Positions 24,779 through 34,962 of a stretch of 64,000 nt of DNA are shown here, one piece after another (within the stretch, counting starts at the first letter, position 1; the number at the start of each line of letters is the position of its first letter). A program made the translations under genes and the position numbers. This DNA comes from Phycisphaerales bacterium (lineage in GTDB: Bacteria; Planctomycetota; Phycisphaerae; Sedimentisphaerales; Anaerobacaceae): contig CP070675.1 of the NCBI GenBank assembly GCA_020352215.1, forward strand, positions 4,626,137 through 4,690,136. Reading direction: 5' to 3'. A model generated the notes under the pieces. The model saw only the letters and a list, made by a program, of their open reading frames with translations, was not told the DNA's origin and did not search any database.

Positions 24779-26626
24779 TCAAGTCTGCGGCTCCTCGCGC
24801 GTCTGGGCACTACTGATGGGATCCCTCTGGTTGTCGCCACCGCTGATCAATCCTTCTCTGGGTCTTATCGGGAGGCGGATTGCAACCGTCGTGCCGTTGT
24901 CCGGCTCGGAGTCCATAGCGATGGTCCCGTCCATCTCGGTGACAAGGTTATAGCTTATGAAAAGGCCAAGGCCCGTGCCCTTGCCAATCTCCTTGGTCGT
25001 AAAAAAGGATTCGAACGCCCGCTTACATACCTCCGGACTCATCCCGACCCCCGTATCGCTGACTCGAATTTCGATCGTTCCGTTGTCCGACTGTCTCGTT
25101 ATCTCGAGAACGTGCTCCTGTTGCGACCGCTTTGCATCCATAGCGTCCAGCGCATTTATGATGATGTTCAAGAGCACTTGCTCCAGAAGCTGCGGATTCA
25201 ACCATACCATGGGCAGGTCGGGACACGTGATGTTCTTAACAGTAACTGAGCGTACGCGCTTGTCGAACTTGACGAGTGACAACGTGTTATCGATCAGCTC
25301 ATTAAGGTCAACCCACTTATGCTCCGCTGTTGCGGGCCGAGAAAGGCTCAGCATGCGCTTGAGGATGTTAGAGATACGGTTGACCTGATATCTTATGGCA
25401 AGCAGCTGTTCCTTTTCTTCGTGCGCTTTTGCTGTTCGGCCCAAATACTGTACGACTGAGGAGAGACTTGCGAGAGGATTACCTATCTCGTGAGCAATGC
25501 CCGTGGCCATTTGTCCTATCGCGACCATTTTCTCGCGCTGGGCCATTTCTACCCGTGACATCTTCAACATCTCATTGATTGCTGTAACCTCATCTGTGCG
25601 CTCCAACAATTCGCGCTCCAGCTTCTTGTGTTCGGTCAGGTCCTGGCCCACAACCACGTATCCCAGTTCTTGTCCGTCGATACTTGTGACGGCGGAACTC
25701 TTCGCCTCAATATGCCGTTCTTCCGGCCCCGTCGTGGTGAATTCGATTACCTGCCCCGTATCCTTTGTTCCATTGCCGCCGAGTAGGAGACGCTGTATGC
25801 GCTCGGCCAAGACCTTTGGAAAACCGTTCAACGAATCGCCGGCCCTGACGGTCCCGCCATCCTTCTTCCAAAGCTTTGCGGCGGGGTTACAAATTGCCAC
25901 CTCACCCTTGCGTGTGACGAATATCAGGCCCTCGGACATCGCGCTGATGACTGCCTCGAGCAGGTCATTGTTTCTCGCTGCTTCCAGTTCCTTAGCCGCC
26001 ATCCGCGCTATAATCATGCTCGTTAAGTACCGGGCGAACACGACCATGCAAACGAATGCTACAAAAGCCCCCAGCAGGTATACCGGATTCCTCGACAGGC
26101 CGCTGGCAGCAGCGAGCTGCAGGGGATAGTAACCGAGTCCCCCCCCTCCGTTAAGTTCATTGATAGCCAGTAGGCCGAATAGCAGTATGGCCGTCAGGCC
26201 AACGGCAAATGAAAGACTTCGAGGCAGTATGATCGTTGCTATTATTATGGGAAAGATGTAGAACAAGAAGAACGGGTTGACCACCCCACCAGAGAAGTGA
26301 AGCACGGCGGTGAGAATGACCAAATCAACTTCAGCCTGGACCACACCCAGCGCCATATCCTTGGGTCCGGTATCGGCTGGTTTCTTGGTCGCCACCAAGA
26401 AATATACGACGTTGCAGAGCAAGAGCACTGCCGCGCAGATCCAGATCGGGACCGCGCTCGTCAGCACAGGAAAAACGTAGCTGCCCAGCACACCGGCGCC
26501 AACGACGGCGCCAACCGCGGCCCACCTGAGCCGTATTAGCCAGAGAAGATGCTCGAAAAGAGCCTCCCGGGCGTACCGGCTTGGCCGGTCGCGAGCCTCG
26601 GCAGTCATGTTAGTGTCTTTAGCCAT
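24779..26626 (-). CDS. Sensor histidine kinase: RegB-like membrane domain, PAS, HisKA, HATPase
   Basis: WLIRLRW and LHFSGGVVNPFFLFYIF in the membrane domain, then a PAS-like segment. H-box AHEIGNPL. G boxes DTGVGM and GTGLGL. The start is set at MAKDTNM (26626), preceded by AGGAAA; the track start at 26764 would overlap the upstream gene by 70 nt. Confidence 0.85.
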   Translation of the reverse strand: MAKDTNMTAEARDRPSRYAREALFEHLLWLIRLRWAAVGAVVGAGVLGSYVFPVLTSAVPIWICAAVLLLCNVVYFLVATKKPADTGPKDMALGVVQAEVDLVILTAVLHFSGGVVNPFFLFYIFPIIIATIILPRSLSFAVGLTAILLFGLLAINELNGGGGLGYYPLQLAAASGLSRNPVYLLGAFVAFVCMVVFARYLTSMIIARMAAKELEAARNNDLLEAVISAMSEGLIFVTRKGEVAICNPAAKLWKKDGGTVRAGDSLNGFPKVLAERIQRLLLGGNGTKDTGQVIEFTTTGPEERHIEAKSSAVTSIDGQELGYVVVGQDLTEHKKLERELLERTDEVTAINEMLKMSRVEMAQREKMVAIGQMATGIAHEIGNPLASLSSVVQYLGRTAKAHEEKEQLLAIRYQVNRISNILKRMLSLSRPATAEHKWVDLNELIDNTLSLVKFDKRVRSVTVKNITCPDLPMVWLNPQLLEQVLLNIIINALDAMDAKRSQQEHVLEITRQSDNGTIEIRVSDTGVGMSPEVCKRAFESFFTTKEIGKGTGLGLFISYNLVTEMDGTIAMDSEPDNGTTVAIRLPIRPREGLISGGDNQRDPISSAQTREEPQT

Positions 26627-26693
26627 ACCAGGTTTCCTAACACTCCAGGCAGTCAGGTGACGTCTGGACCCGACGTTCGGATCTGTTCTGTTG

Positions 26694-27947
26694 CTAATAG
26701 TTGGCCATCTCGAAAGCCTCTCCCGCGCGAACCAATTCTGCCTGTTTCTCTTCGTCCAAGCCAATCTCGTGGTCGGTCAGATAACATCCCGGGTCTGGAG
26801 CCCAGGGGTCGCCAAAGCGCAAGTCCGCGCGCACCCGTAAGCTGCCGCCACACGCATCGAAAAACTTGCAGAGTCTACACCGGCCCTTGACGTAGGCGCG
26901 TCGGTCGCGCAAGCCCTTAAGCAACGGCTCGTCGGTGTCGCTCCAAATCTCACTGAAGGGTCTATCGTGCACATCCCCCAAATCGTAATGTCCCCAGAAC
27001 TGATTGGGATGCACCTTGCCGTGGAAATCGATACACCCTATGCCAACTCCGCTACTGTACATGCCCCCGCCGTTCCAGGTCAGCAATTGCCACACTTTGG
27101 CCGCCCGGTCAGGGTCCTCCTTGAGCAGTTTCAAGTACAGGTAAACACCATCAACATGGTTGTCGACCGTCAATATGTCCGTCTTCCTGCCAATCTCTTT
27201 AAGCCGCTTCGTCTTGGCCAATATCGTCTCGATCGCACCTCGGCTCTGAGCGTGCGTGAGGTCCTCATCTGCGATGGCCCCTCCTCGCCCGCTTGGTACG
27301 AGGTGGTAAAAGCAGGCCCGCTCGATGCCCTCGGACTCGAAGAATCCAAACAAGTTCTCCAGGTCCTGGACGTTCCGGCCCGTTAGCGTTAGTCTGAGGC
27401 CGACACGTACGCCTGTGTTCTGACAGCTTTTTATCCCGCGCACGGCTTTATCAAATGCCCCGGATACGCCCCTGAACTTGTCGTTGACTGGACCGATTCC
27501 ATCAAGGCTGATGCCCACGTATGATACGCCCAGCCGTTTTATTTCCTTGGCAACGTCGGCTGTTATGAGTGTGCCATTGGTAGAGATAACCGCCCGCAGC
27601 CCCAGATCCACCGCATGTGCGATCAGTTCGAACAAGTCGGGTCGGATTAGCGGCTCACCTCCCGAGAACAACACGGAGGGCACACTGAACCCGGCAAGAT
27701 CGTCCAAGACTGCCTTTGCCTGTTCTGTTGACAACTCATGAGAGGCCTTGCCGGCGCCGCTGTCGTTATAGCAGTGTACACACTTGAGGTTGCAGGCCCG
27801 CGTGATGTTCCAAACGACAATTGGACGCCTGTCCGATGCCTTTTTCGGAACGATCTCGCCGGCTCGCTCGCCGGAACCTTTCTTGCCGTAGCGCAGCCAG
27901 TCGCCCGGTGTAACCTCATCACAGTACAGTTTACTGATATTTATCAT
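26694..27947 (-). CDS. Radical-SAM/SPASM protein of the NirJ/AhbC-AhbD (alternative haem biosynthesis) type
   Basis: CxxxCxxC motif (CNLKCVHCY), a GGEPL motif and a C-terminal Cys cluster (CRLCKFFDACGG). It is adjacent to hemA. I cannot tell AhbC from AhbD by eye. Confidence 0.65.
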   Translation of the reverse strand: MINISKLYCDEVTPGDWLRYGKKGSGERAGEIVPKKASDRRPIVVWNITRACNLKCVHCYNDSGAGKASHELSTEQAKAVLDDLAGFSVPSVLFSGGEPLIRPDLFELIAHAVDLGLRAVISTNGTLITADVAKEIKRLGVSYVGISLDGIGPVNDKFRGVSGAFDKAVRGIKSCQNTGVRVGLRLTLTGRNVQDLENLFGFFESEGIERACFYHLVPSGRGGAIADEDLTHAQSRGAIETILAKTKRLKEIGRKTDILTVDNHVDGVYLYLKLLKEDPDRAAKVWQLLTWNGGGMYSSGVGIGCIDFHGKVHPNQFWGHYDLGDVHDRPFSEIWSDTDEPLLKGLRDRRAYVKGRCRLCKFFDACGGSLRVRADLRFGDPWAPDPGCYLTDHEIGLDEEKQAELVRAGEAFEMANY

Positions 27948-27950
27948 GGT

Positions 27951-29090
27951 CTATCCTGCTTGACCGCCCGGCCGAGCGGTGTCAATCGCCTCAGCCGGCG
28001 GAACATATGCGCAGAAGGGCTCTTCAGCCATGTAGTTGCCCGTTGCGCCGTATGCTCGGCCACGACATCCACCGCACACCAGTCTGTATCCACAGACGCC
28101 ACATTTACCTTCGAGACGGCTGCTATCACGCATCCTCGCGAGGTCTTCGCTGTTGTGCCATATCTCCGTCAGACTGCTCTCGAGTATGCTGCCGCACTTT
28201 ATGGGCAGATAACCGCAGGGAAACACGTCTCCCTGATGGCTGACGAACAGCACTCCAAGGCCCGCAAGACATCCGCGCGAGGCAGAACCGTGCGCGGCCC
28301 TGCCCGGGACGGTGGCGCCGGTCTCTGCCGCAGACCTACGGGTTCTATGCAGGCCCTGCTCTCTGATAACACGTTCGTAGTGAGGGCCACACGTGACCTT
28401 TATCTGCAGTTCGCCCAGCCCATCCAACCGACAGATCTCAAGCATTTTCTGCTCGTATTGCTCGGGGGAGAGCATGTCCGTCTCGGCCAGTATTTGCCCG
28501 CAGCCGACGGGAACCAGCATGAATATGTGCACGGCGGCTGCGCCAAGCGACTTGGCGAGTTCGTAAATAGCATCCAGATGTTCGACATTGTGCTTGGTCA
28601 AAGTTGTGTTTATTTGGAAAGGCACGTTCTTGTCACGGAGATGCCGGATCCCCGTTATCGCCTTCTCAAAACAGTCTTCTTCCTGGCGCAACTGGTTGTG
28701 AATCTGTGCCGTCGCACCGTCAAGGCTCACGGCGACCCTTACGATTCCGGCATCTCGAATACGTTCGGCAATCGGGGCATCGATCATGGTTCCGTTGGTC
28801 GCCAGTGCAGGTGCGATTCCGGCCGCCCTTGCCCGGCCAACCAGATCGAACAGATCGTCCCGGCAGAGCGGTTCGCCACCGGAAAATACGAGCACCGGCA
28901 TCATCGGCTGCTCACTGCCCAACTCGGCCAATTGCTCTATCAGGTTCTCAGCCTGATCTGTCGACAAATCTCTGAAGGCAAGCTCATCCGAATCTAAACG
29001 GCGACAATGGGCGCAGGCCAGGTTGCACTTTATCGTGCTCTCCCAGAACAGAAGCCTGAGAATGCGCCTTGGTTGTGAAGAGTCTTTCAC
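27951..29090 (-). CDS. Radical-SAM/SPASM protein of the NirJ/AhbC-AhbD type
   Basis: CNLACAHCR radical-SAM motif, GGEPL, and a SPASM-like CGVCGYRLVCGGCRGRA. Confidence 0.65.
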   Translation of the reverse strand: MKDSSQPRRILRLLFWESTIKCNLACAHCRRLDSDELAFRDLSTDQAENLIEQLAELGSEQPMMPVLVFSGGEPLCRDDLFDLVGRARAAGIAPALATNGTMIDAPIAERIRDAGIVRVAVSLDGATAQIHNQLRQEEDCFEKAITGIRHLRDKNVPFQINTTLTKHNVEHLDAIYELAKSLGAAAVHIFMLVPVGCGQILAETDMLSPEQYEQKMLEICRLDGLGELQIKVTCGPHYERVIREQGLHRTRRSAAETGATVPGRAAHGSASRGCLAGLGVLFVSHQGDVFPCGYLPIKCGSILESSLTEIWHNSEDLARMRDSSRLEGKCGVCGYRLVCGGCRGRAYGATGNYMAEEPFCAYVPPAEAIDTARPGGQAG

Positions 29091-29092
29091 AA

Positions 29093-30400
29093 CTACGTCT
29101 CCGTTTCATTCTCTGACCCGAATGATACCTTGTTGGCTTGCTGTACTATGCTATCGACCAACTTTGCGGCTTCACTCGGGCCATGATCTTCAGCAACAGT
29201 GTTGACATTCTTTATCACGCAATGGACGAGTTTGTTGACGATGCGGTTGACCATGGACTCGGCCACCTCCTTACATGAAGCCTCCTGCCTGACCCCGGCG
29301 AAGAACCGCTGCAACTCATCCTGTCCTATCTGTCTGAATCGCTCCCTCATCTCGCCAATCAGGGGACCTATGTCTCTGGCACTGAACCAGTCCATGAAAT
29401 CCGAGACGCTCTCGGCGACAATTCCCATGCCTTTGGCAATATCATCTTCGCGAGCCTTGAGATTCTGTTCGGCTGCCTCGGAAAGTTCGTCGATGCTGTA
29501 GAGGTAAATGTCCTCGATTTGATTTACGGAGGGTTCGAAATTTCGAGGCACCGCCACATCAATGATCAAAAGTGCACCTTTACCCCGCCGGTCAACGCTC
29601 TTTTTGAAATTGCCTTCCGTGAACAGATAATCTTGCACTGCCGCCGAGGCAATAGCGATATCGGCACCGTTCAACTGTTCGGTAAGCTGCTCCCACGGCC
29701 GGGCGGTAATGCCGTGTCGTTTTGCCATGCCCTTGGCCCGCTCATACGACCTGTTGACGACCGTAATGTCTTTGCACTTGACCTGGAGAAGGTGCTGTAC
29801 GAGCAGTTCTCCCATCTCGCCGGCGCCTATCACGACGACTTTCGCCGATGAGATGTGAGCAAAAAGCTGCCTGGCTAACTCTACAGCCACACCCGCCACG
29901 CTGACCCTCCCGGTCGATATCGAGGTGGTTGTGTGTACTCTCTTGCTCGTGGAAAAGGCCGCATGGAACAGGCGGTTTAAGACCTTGCCGGTGCTCTTCG
30001 CCACGCACGCGAGCCGATAGCTCTCTTTGACCTGGCCGATTATTTGTGCCTCGCCCACAACCATACTGTCCAGGCTCGACGCGACCGTCAGCAGGTGTCT
30101 GACCGAGTCTTCGTCCTGGTGAACGTACAGAAACTCCTGAAACTGTTTCAGTGGAACATCATGGTATTCGGCAAGGAACTTAGCTACATCTTCTGCGGCA
30201 ACACCCCCTGCTCGCGCGCTGACCCAATACACTTCAACGCGGTTACACGTCGACAGCAGTACGAACTCCGCCTGGCCAAACCTGCTCTTGAGCCTTCTCA
30301 GCGCTCTGACCATCTCGTCAGCGTCAAACGCCAACCGCTCGCGTATCTCCACAGGAGCACTCTTGTGGTTTAGTCCTAAGACCTTAATTCTCATCTTCAC
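29093..30400 (-). CDS. hemA: Glutamyl-tRNA reductase
   Basis: MKMRIKVLGLNHKSAPVEIRERL, the catalytic-Cys motif LLSTCNRVEVY, and NADPH-binding VIGAGEMG. Confidence 0.9.
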   Translation of the reverse strand: MKMRIKVLGLNHKSAPVEIRERLAFDADEMVRALRRLKSRFGQAEFVLLSTCNRVEVYWVSARAGGVAAEDVAKFLAEYHDVPLKQFQEFLYVHQDEDSVRHLLTVASSLDSMVVGEAQIIGQVKESYRLACVAKSTGKVLNRLFHAAFSTSKRVHTTTSISTGRVSVAGVAVELARQLFAHISSAKVVVIGAGEMGELLVQHLLQVKCKDITVVNRSYERAKGMAKRHGITARPWEQLTEQLNGADIAIASAAVQDYLFTEGNFKKSVDRRGKGALLIIDVAVPRNFEPSVNQIEDIYLYSIDELSEAAEQNLKAREDDIAKGMGIVAESVSDFMDWFSARDIGPLIGEMRERFRQIGQDELQRFFAGVRQEASCKEVAESMVNRIVNKLVHCVIKNVNTVAEDHGPSEAAKLVDSIVQQANKVSFGSENETET

Positions 30401-31281
30401 ACGTATCTTGTATTGGCTGCAGTCGGCGGACTATGCGACGAAAAATCGTGGCGCGTTGCACCTAAGATCGCCACACCGAGAATGGCAAACAGAAGCAGTA
30501 CAAATACAACAACTGTGATATACGCCCTTGCCCTGCTCTTCAGCAGAGATAGGTGGTTTAGCACCAGCATCATCCCCAACAAGGCCCACGCTACGGTAAT
30601 GCAGAGGACCTTTGGATCAGCGAGCCACTCAAGCACGCCCGTGCCCAGCAGTGCGACAAGTCCTATCCCGCTTATCAACCCTATAGTAATCAGCATGAAC
30701 CCCACGCGTATGCCAAACAGCGTCATTTGCTCAAGCTTCTGCATGTTGGGCACTCTGCCGAGAACCTGCAAAACCTGCTTCTTCTTCAGCCTACGGCTGC
30801 CGACCAGGTACAGAAGAGCGCTTGCCGTAGCCAACATGACAGAGGCACCCCCAAGAATCATTGCCACACCGTGAGCAATTGCCCACGGCTTCCTTGCCAC
30901 AGGGTGCGGCTCGGAAGTAGGACCGGCAACGACCCCGGCCAGCAGCACGACCACCAGGGTCACCCACACCATGACCGACCCGAACCATACCTGTGGGGTG
31001 ACAATACTCAGACATATGTACACGAGCCCGAACACTATAGTCAGCACGATCATGGATTCGAATAACCCCGTGAGAGGTAGAGCTTTGAGTGCAGCGGCCC
31101 TGAACACGAGCAGAACCGCCTCCAGAGTAACCGCCAGCGAAACGAGCGGCAAAAGGAACCGTTTGTATTTCTCACCACCGGCCATCAATTGACGGACGCC
31201 TGCCATGGCGGCAACGACATACAGCGCCAACACTATGGCGAATATGGTCTTTTCCGGCAGTGCCAGTTCCGACATCTCCAT
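30397..31281 (-). CDS. HemX/CcsA-family polytopic membrane protein (cytochrome c assembly family)
   Basis: About 8 predicted TM helices. It overlaps hemA by 4 nt, as hemX does in hemAX operons. No WWD haem-handling motif was seen, so it looks HemX-like rather than CcsA proper. Confidence 0.6.
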   Translation of the reverse strand: MEMSELALPEKTIFAIVLALYVVAAMAGVRQLMAGGEKYKRFLLPLVSLAVTLEAVLLVFRAAALKALPLTGLFESMIVLTIVFGLVYICLSIVTPQVWFGSVMVWVTLVVVLLAGVVAGPTSEPHPVARKPWAIAHGVAMILGGASVMLATASALLYLVGSRRLKKKQVLQVLGRVPNMQKLEQMTLFGIRVGFMLITIGLISGIGLVALLGTGVLEWLADPKVLCITVAWALLGMMLVLNHLSLLKSRARAYITVVVFVLLLFAILGVAILGATRHDFSSHSPPTAANTRYV

Positions 31282-31666
31282 GCTCCTTCTGTTGCTCTGG
31301 GGTCCTGACCCATCGCCCCCACGTCGAGTTTGAGTGGGATCTGCTTCGGTTCTCGTCCAGTCATGAGCGTTCGCTTGCCTGCCCGGTAAGGCTCACACTC
31401 TCGGCCAATAGGGCACCACTTTTGGCAATCTACTGGGCACACCGACTCATGTTCAATTCGCCTCTGTTCCCGGCTATGAGAACAATAGCCAGCAATTATC
31501 GGTATTTTACCAAATTCGGGAATCTACTGCAAGCATCTTCTATCCGGCCGCCTGCCCGGAAGCTCCGCGACTGATCCGATGGATCTTGCACCACGGGCTT
31601 GAATCTGCCGGGCAAATCGTGTAAAAGTCGTGAAAAACCTCGAAAAAGGCACTATTAGGGGCCAGA

Positions 31667-32602
31667 ATGAGAACACTCAAGATCGCAAGCCGTGCCAGTA
31701 AGCTCGCCCTGGCACAGTCCAACTTTGTCGCCGGCATGCTGGAAAAGCTCGGAGCGGGGGTGCGAATTTCGATCCTGAAGGTGTCCACAAAGGGGGATCG
31801 CGACAAATCAGACTTCCTCTACAAGGCCGACGCTGTCGGCTTGTTCACCTCGGAAGTGGAAAATGCCGTTATTGATGGTAGAGCAGACCTGGCTGTACAC
31901 AGCTTGAAGGATCTGCCGACCGCCTTGACTGATGGTCTGACTGTCGCGGCAATACCGAAGCGAGAGTCCGTCGAGGACGCGTTAGTGGCCTCGGGTGCGC
32001 ATGCGTCTATTTCTGACCTGCCACCGGGCGCAACTGTCGGCACTTCAAGCGTCCGCCGTATTGCCCAGTTGCGCCGACTAAGACCGGATCTGCAGTGTGT
32101 ACCTTTGCGAGGAAACGTCGAAACCAGACTCTCGAAGGTTGCATCCGGAGAGGTGGATGCTGCCGTTCTCGCCTGCGCCGGCCTGAGCAGGCTGGATCTC
32201 GCCGACAGGATATCTGCCGTGCTATCACCGCTGGAGTTCCTGCCCGCTCCGGCCCAGGGCGCTTTAGCGGTGCAGGTGCGGACGGATGATACGGAATCGG
32301 TCGAATTTGTGGCACAACTGGATCACAGAGAATCCCGGATTCGCGCCGAGGCGGAGCGCCGTATCCTGGCGTCTATGCACGGCGGGTGCAGCATACCGCT
32401 GGGTGTCTACTCGTCGATTAACCAGGACATCATTGCCCTTGACGCGGTGGTCTGTGACCTTGCGGGCGCGAGGTATATCAGGCTTTCGAAAAGCAGTCAT
32501 ATCGATAATGTGACAACCTGCGCCGAGGAACTTGCCCGAGAGCTGTTAGCCGCCGGAGCGCAAGATATTCTCGACCAAATCAGAAAAGACCGGGCTGGGT
32601 AA
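31667..32602 (+). CDS. hemC: Hydroxymethylbilane synthase (porphobilinogen deaminase)
   Basis: LKIASRASKLALAQSN, LAVHSLKDLP, and the cofactor-Cys segment MHGGCSIPLG. Confidence 0.9.
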   Translation: MRTLKIASRASKLALAQSNFVAGMLEKLGAGVRISILKVSTKGDRDKSDFLYKADAVGLFTSEVENAVIDGRADLAVHSLKDLPTALTDGLTVAAIPKRESVEDALVASGAHASISDLPPGATVGTSSVRRIAQLRRLRPDLQCVPLRGNVETRLSKVASGEVDAAVLACAGLSRLDLADRISAVLSPLEFLPAPAQGALAVQVRTDDTESVEFVAQLDHRESRIRAEAERRILASMHGGCSIPLGVYSSINQDIIALDAVVCDLAGARYIRLSKSSHIDNVTTCAEELARELLAAGAQDILDQIRKDRAG

Positions 32603-32740
32603 GCCGGACAAAGGGATCACTTGTGCCGCTACGGTATCAGGGTGGCCGGAAGACGGCAAGAAGCAGACACAGAACGCGATCACCCTCGCTGATGCGCGTA
32701 TGGGACCAACTGAATTGCGGTTTGAGTACCTGCCCTGATC

Positions 32741-34630
32741 TTACAGGGTAAGGACATATTCGGCCAAGTCGGCAATTTCTTTCTCGCTGAGGTCCGAGGT
32801 CTTGCCGTGCCGGTCGTCCTTGTTGAACTCCGTCAAGAGCTCTCTGATTGTCGCGGCTCTTCCATCGTGCAGATATGGGGCCGTTCGCCATACCTCCACA
32901 AGCGTGGGTGTGTCAAACTCCCTATGGACGTCTTCGCCTGTGCCCGTGCCGACGTCGTATTTGCCCATGTTGGTGTAGAGCGTCCCCCCATGACACCGCA
33001 CGCAACCTGCTCTGCTATAGAGCTTCTCGCCGTTCTTAGCCGCTGTGCTCAACTTGCCGCTGACAAGGTACGGACTGGCTATGGGCTCCAGAGACTTTAG
33101 GTACTCATCCATGGCCCTTGCGTGTTGCACCCAAGGAGATGAGAACTGGATATAGCGAATGCCGCTTCGGACCGCCGTCTCGGCGTTTGCGCGGACGCCT
33201 GTAATCATCGCGGGCGGGGTCTTATGTGACAGGAGCAAACTCTTTGTGTTCTTCGGATTGAGCATGCCATCGTTTAGCAGGTCCCAGTTCAGTGCACATG
33301 CGCGTCCGCCGCCTGAGTGACAACTTGCACAGCTGTGCCACTTCTGGAAGGAATGCGAGGCATCGTGGAAGAACATCTCACCCATGCGAGCCTTTGTCAA
33401 AGCCTTCTCTTCACCCAGCGGCACAGATTTGGCTCTGTGCCGAATGTCAGAGTTAATGTCAACTAAGCCAATACTGTCTGTGAAGTACTCTGCCGCGTAC
33501 ACCTTTGTACCGATGACTGTGAGGCCGCGAGGGCCGTTACCGGCCAGTCCCACTCTGCGACGGAGGCCCGTGAGAAATGTAAGATCATTCGGCACATCAT
33601 CTGCAGAATATGATGCGTCGTGGTGCTTGGTGCCGACTGTTGAACAGATCTCAGACCTGAAGGTTCTTGCCGTCCGGGCCGGCAACAACCGGCGATGGAG
33701 CCCTGCGCGATCAATAACGCTCAGCTCATGCGTGCCCGCATGGGTAATCAGGATATTCTTGCCGTCGGCTGTGCAGACAATACCGTACGGGTTGGCGGCG
33801 CCGAGATCAACGTCATCGAGTAGTACCGTATTGACAAACTTCCGGCCCGGCACATCGATGATGGTCATGGCATTGGTATTTACCCAGCCTTGTTCGAGAT
33901 ATGCCGTCGGAAACTGATAACGAGCAAGGATATGCGTGACATAAGCGTTCTTGCCGTCCGGCGAGATGGTTATGCCACGAAGGTTCGTGCTGCCATTGGG
34001 AAGCTCGATATTCTTGATGACCTTCCTGGCAGCCGTGTCGATTACCGAGACAACCGCAGCGGCATAATCGCCGTTGGCGGCGCCGGCGGGCAGATGATTC
34101 GCCACGAACAGGAATCTGGCGTCCGAGGTGAGTGCGGCAGCTACGGGCTCACGCGTCACGGCAATCTTGGCGGTTTGGGTCTTTGACCCAAGCTCGACGA
34201 CACCGATGCTATTGTCGAACTGATTGCAGACATAGAGTGTTTCGCCGTCCGGGCTGGCGACGACCGCGACAGGGGTATGGCCCACGGCGATGCTGTCGGA
34301 AACATTGCCGCGACGGATGTCAATGACCTGCACTCTACCCGCGGGCACCGCAGACGTCACGTACAGCTTGCTGTGGTCGGCGGATATCGCAAGACCGGTG
34401 GGGTTGTCCGCGACGGGTATCGTCCCGGTAACCTCCCCGGGGGCGATATCAAAGACCGCGACCTGATCTGCAGTGGCCTCAGCGACGTAAAGTACTCTCT
34501 CATCGCCATCGGCAACGACAGAGACCGGAGATAAATAGTTGCCCGTCTTCGCGAGGCACTCGCCGCCCAAAAGAACGGTTGCCGTCAGCACACACACCAG
34601 CATCGAACATTTTCCAGGGTCTTCTTTCAT
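32741..34630 (-). CDS. Secreted YncE/YVTN-type beta-propeller fused to a di-haem cytochrome c peroxidase (CCP/MauG-like) domain
   Basis: Repeated blades (LYVAEATADQVAVFD, LYVTSA..GRVQVID, LYVCNQFDNSIGVVE, AYVTH...). The C-terminal region has FFHDAS...CASCH and CVRCH haem motifs. Confidence 0.75.
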   Translation of the reverse strand: MKEDPGKCSMLVCVLTATVLLGGECLAKTGNYLSPVSVVADGDERVLYVAEATADQVAVFDIAPGEVTGTIPVADNPTGLAISADHSKLYVTSAVPAGRVQVIDIRRGNVSDSIAVGHTPVAVVASPDGETLYVCNQFDNSIGVVELGSKTQTAKIAVTREPVAAALTSDARFLFVANHLPAGAANGDYAAAVVSVIDTAARKVIKNIELPNGSTNLRGITISPDGKNAYVTHILARYQFPTAYLEQGWVNTNAMTIIDVPGRKFVNTVLLDDVDLGAANPYGIVCTADGKNILITHAGTHELSVIDRAGLHRRLLPARTARTFRSEICSTVGTKHHDASYSADDVPNDLTFLTGLRRRVGLAGNGPRGLTVIGTKVYAAEYFTDSIGLVDINSDIRHRAKSVPLGEEKALTKARMGEMFFHDASHSFQKWHSCASCHSGGGRACALNWDLLNDGMLNPKNTKSLLLSHKTPPAMITGVRANAETAVRSGIRYIQFSSPWVQHARAMDEYLKSLEPIASPYLVSGKLSTAAKNGEKLYSRAGCVRCHGGTLYTNMGKYDVGTGTGEDVHREFDTPTLVEVWRTAPYLHDGRAATIRELLTEFNKDDRHGKTSDLSEKEIADLAEYVLTL

Positions 34631-34836
34631 CGGGCTCTCTCTCGTCTTGCACTTGACAAAAGAGTGAAAAAAGGGTACGAATCAGGTCAATATTGCAAAG
34701 AACTCATAGGTTCAGTTGCGCATCATGGGGGCGTGTTACAGTCAGACGTCGCAAAAAAATCGTACTTGGGGGTTATTGGGGGCAGTGGGCGTGGCTTGCC
34801 GTCCACCCCGAGTGACTTCAGTTGACCAGAACGTGT

Positions 34837-34866
34837 TTGATTTCACAGCCCCATATATGTTAAAAT
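34837..34866 (+). promoter_or_regulatory. Sigma70-type promoter for the giant surface-protein gene
   Basis: TTGATT (34837-34842), a 17-18-nt spacer, then TAAAAT (34861-34866). It lies about 95 nt upstream of the ATG. Confidence 0.45.
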
Positions 34867-34962
34867 AGAGAAAACTGGCCTGTCCGATGCTGTTTTTCAC
34901 GGGTTTTCGGCCGCAACAATATCGCTGCAAATGGTGGTCCAAAGTCTAACCCCGGAGTATGT

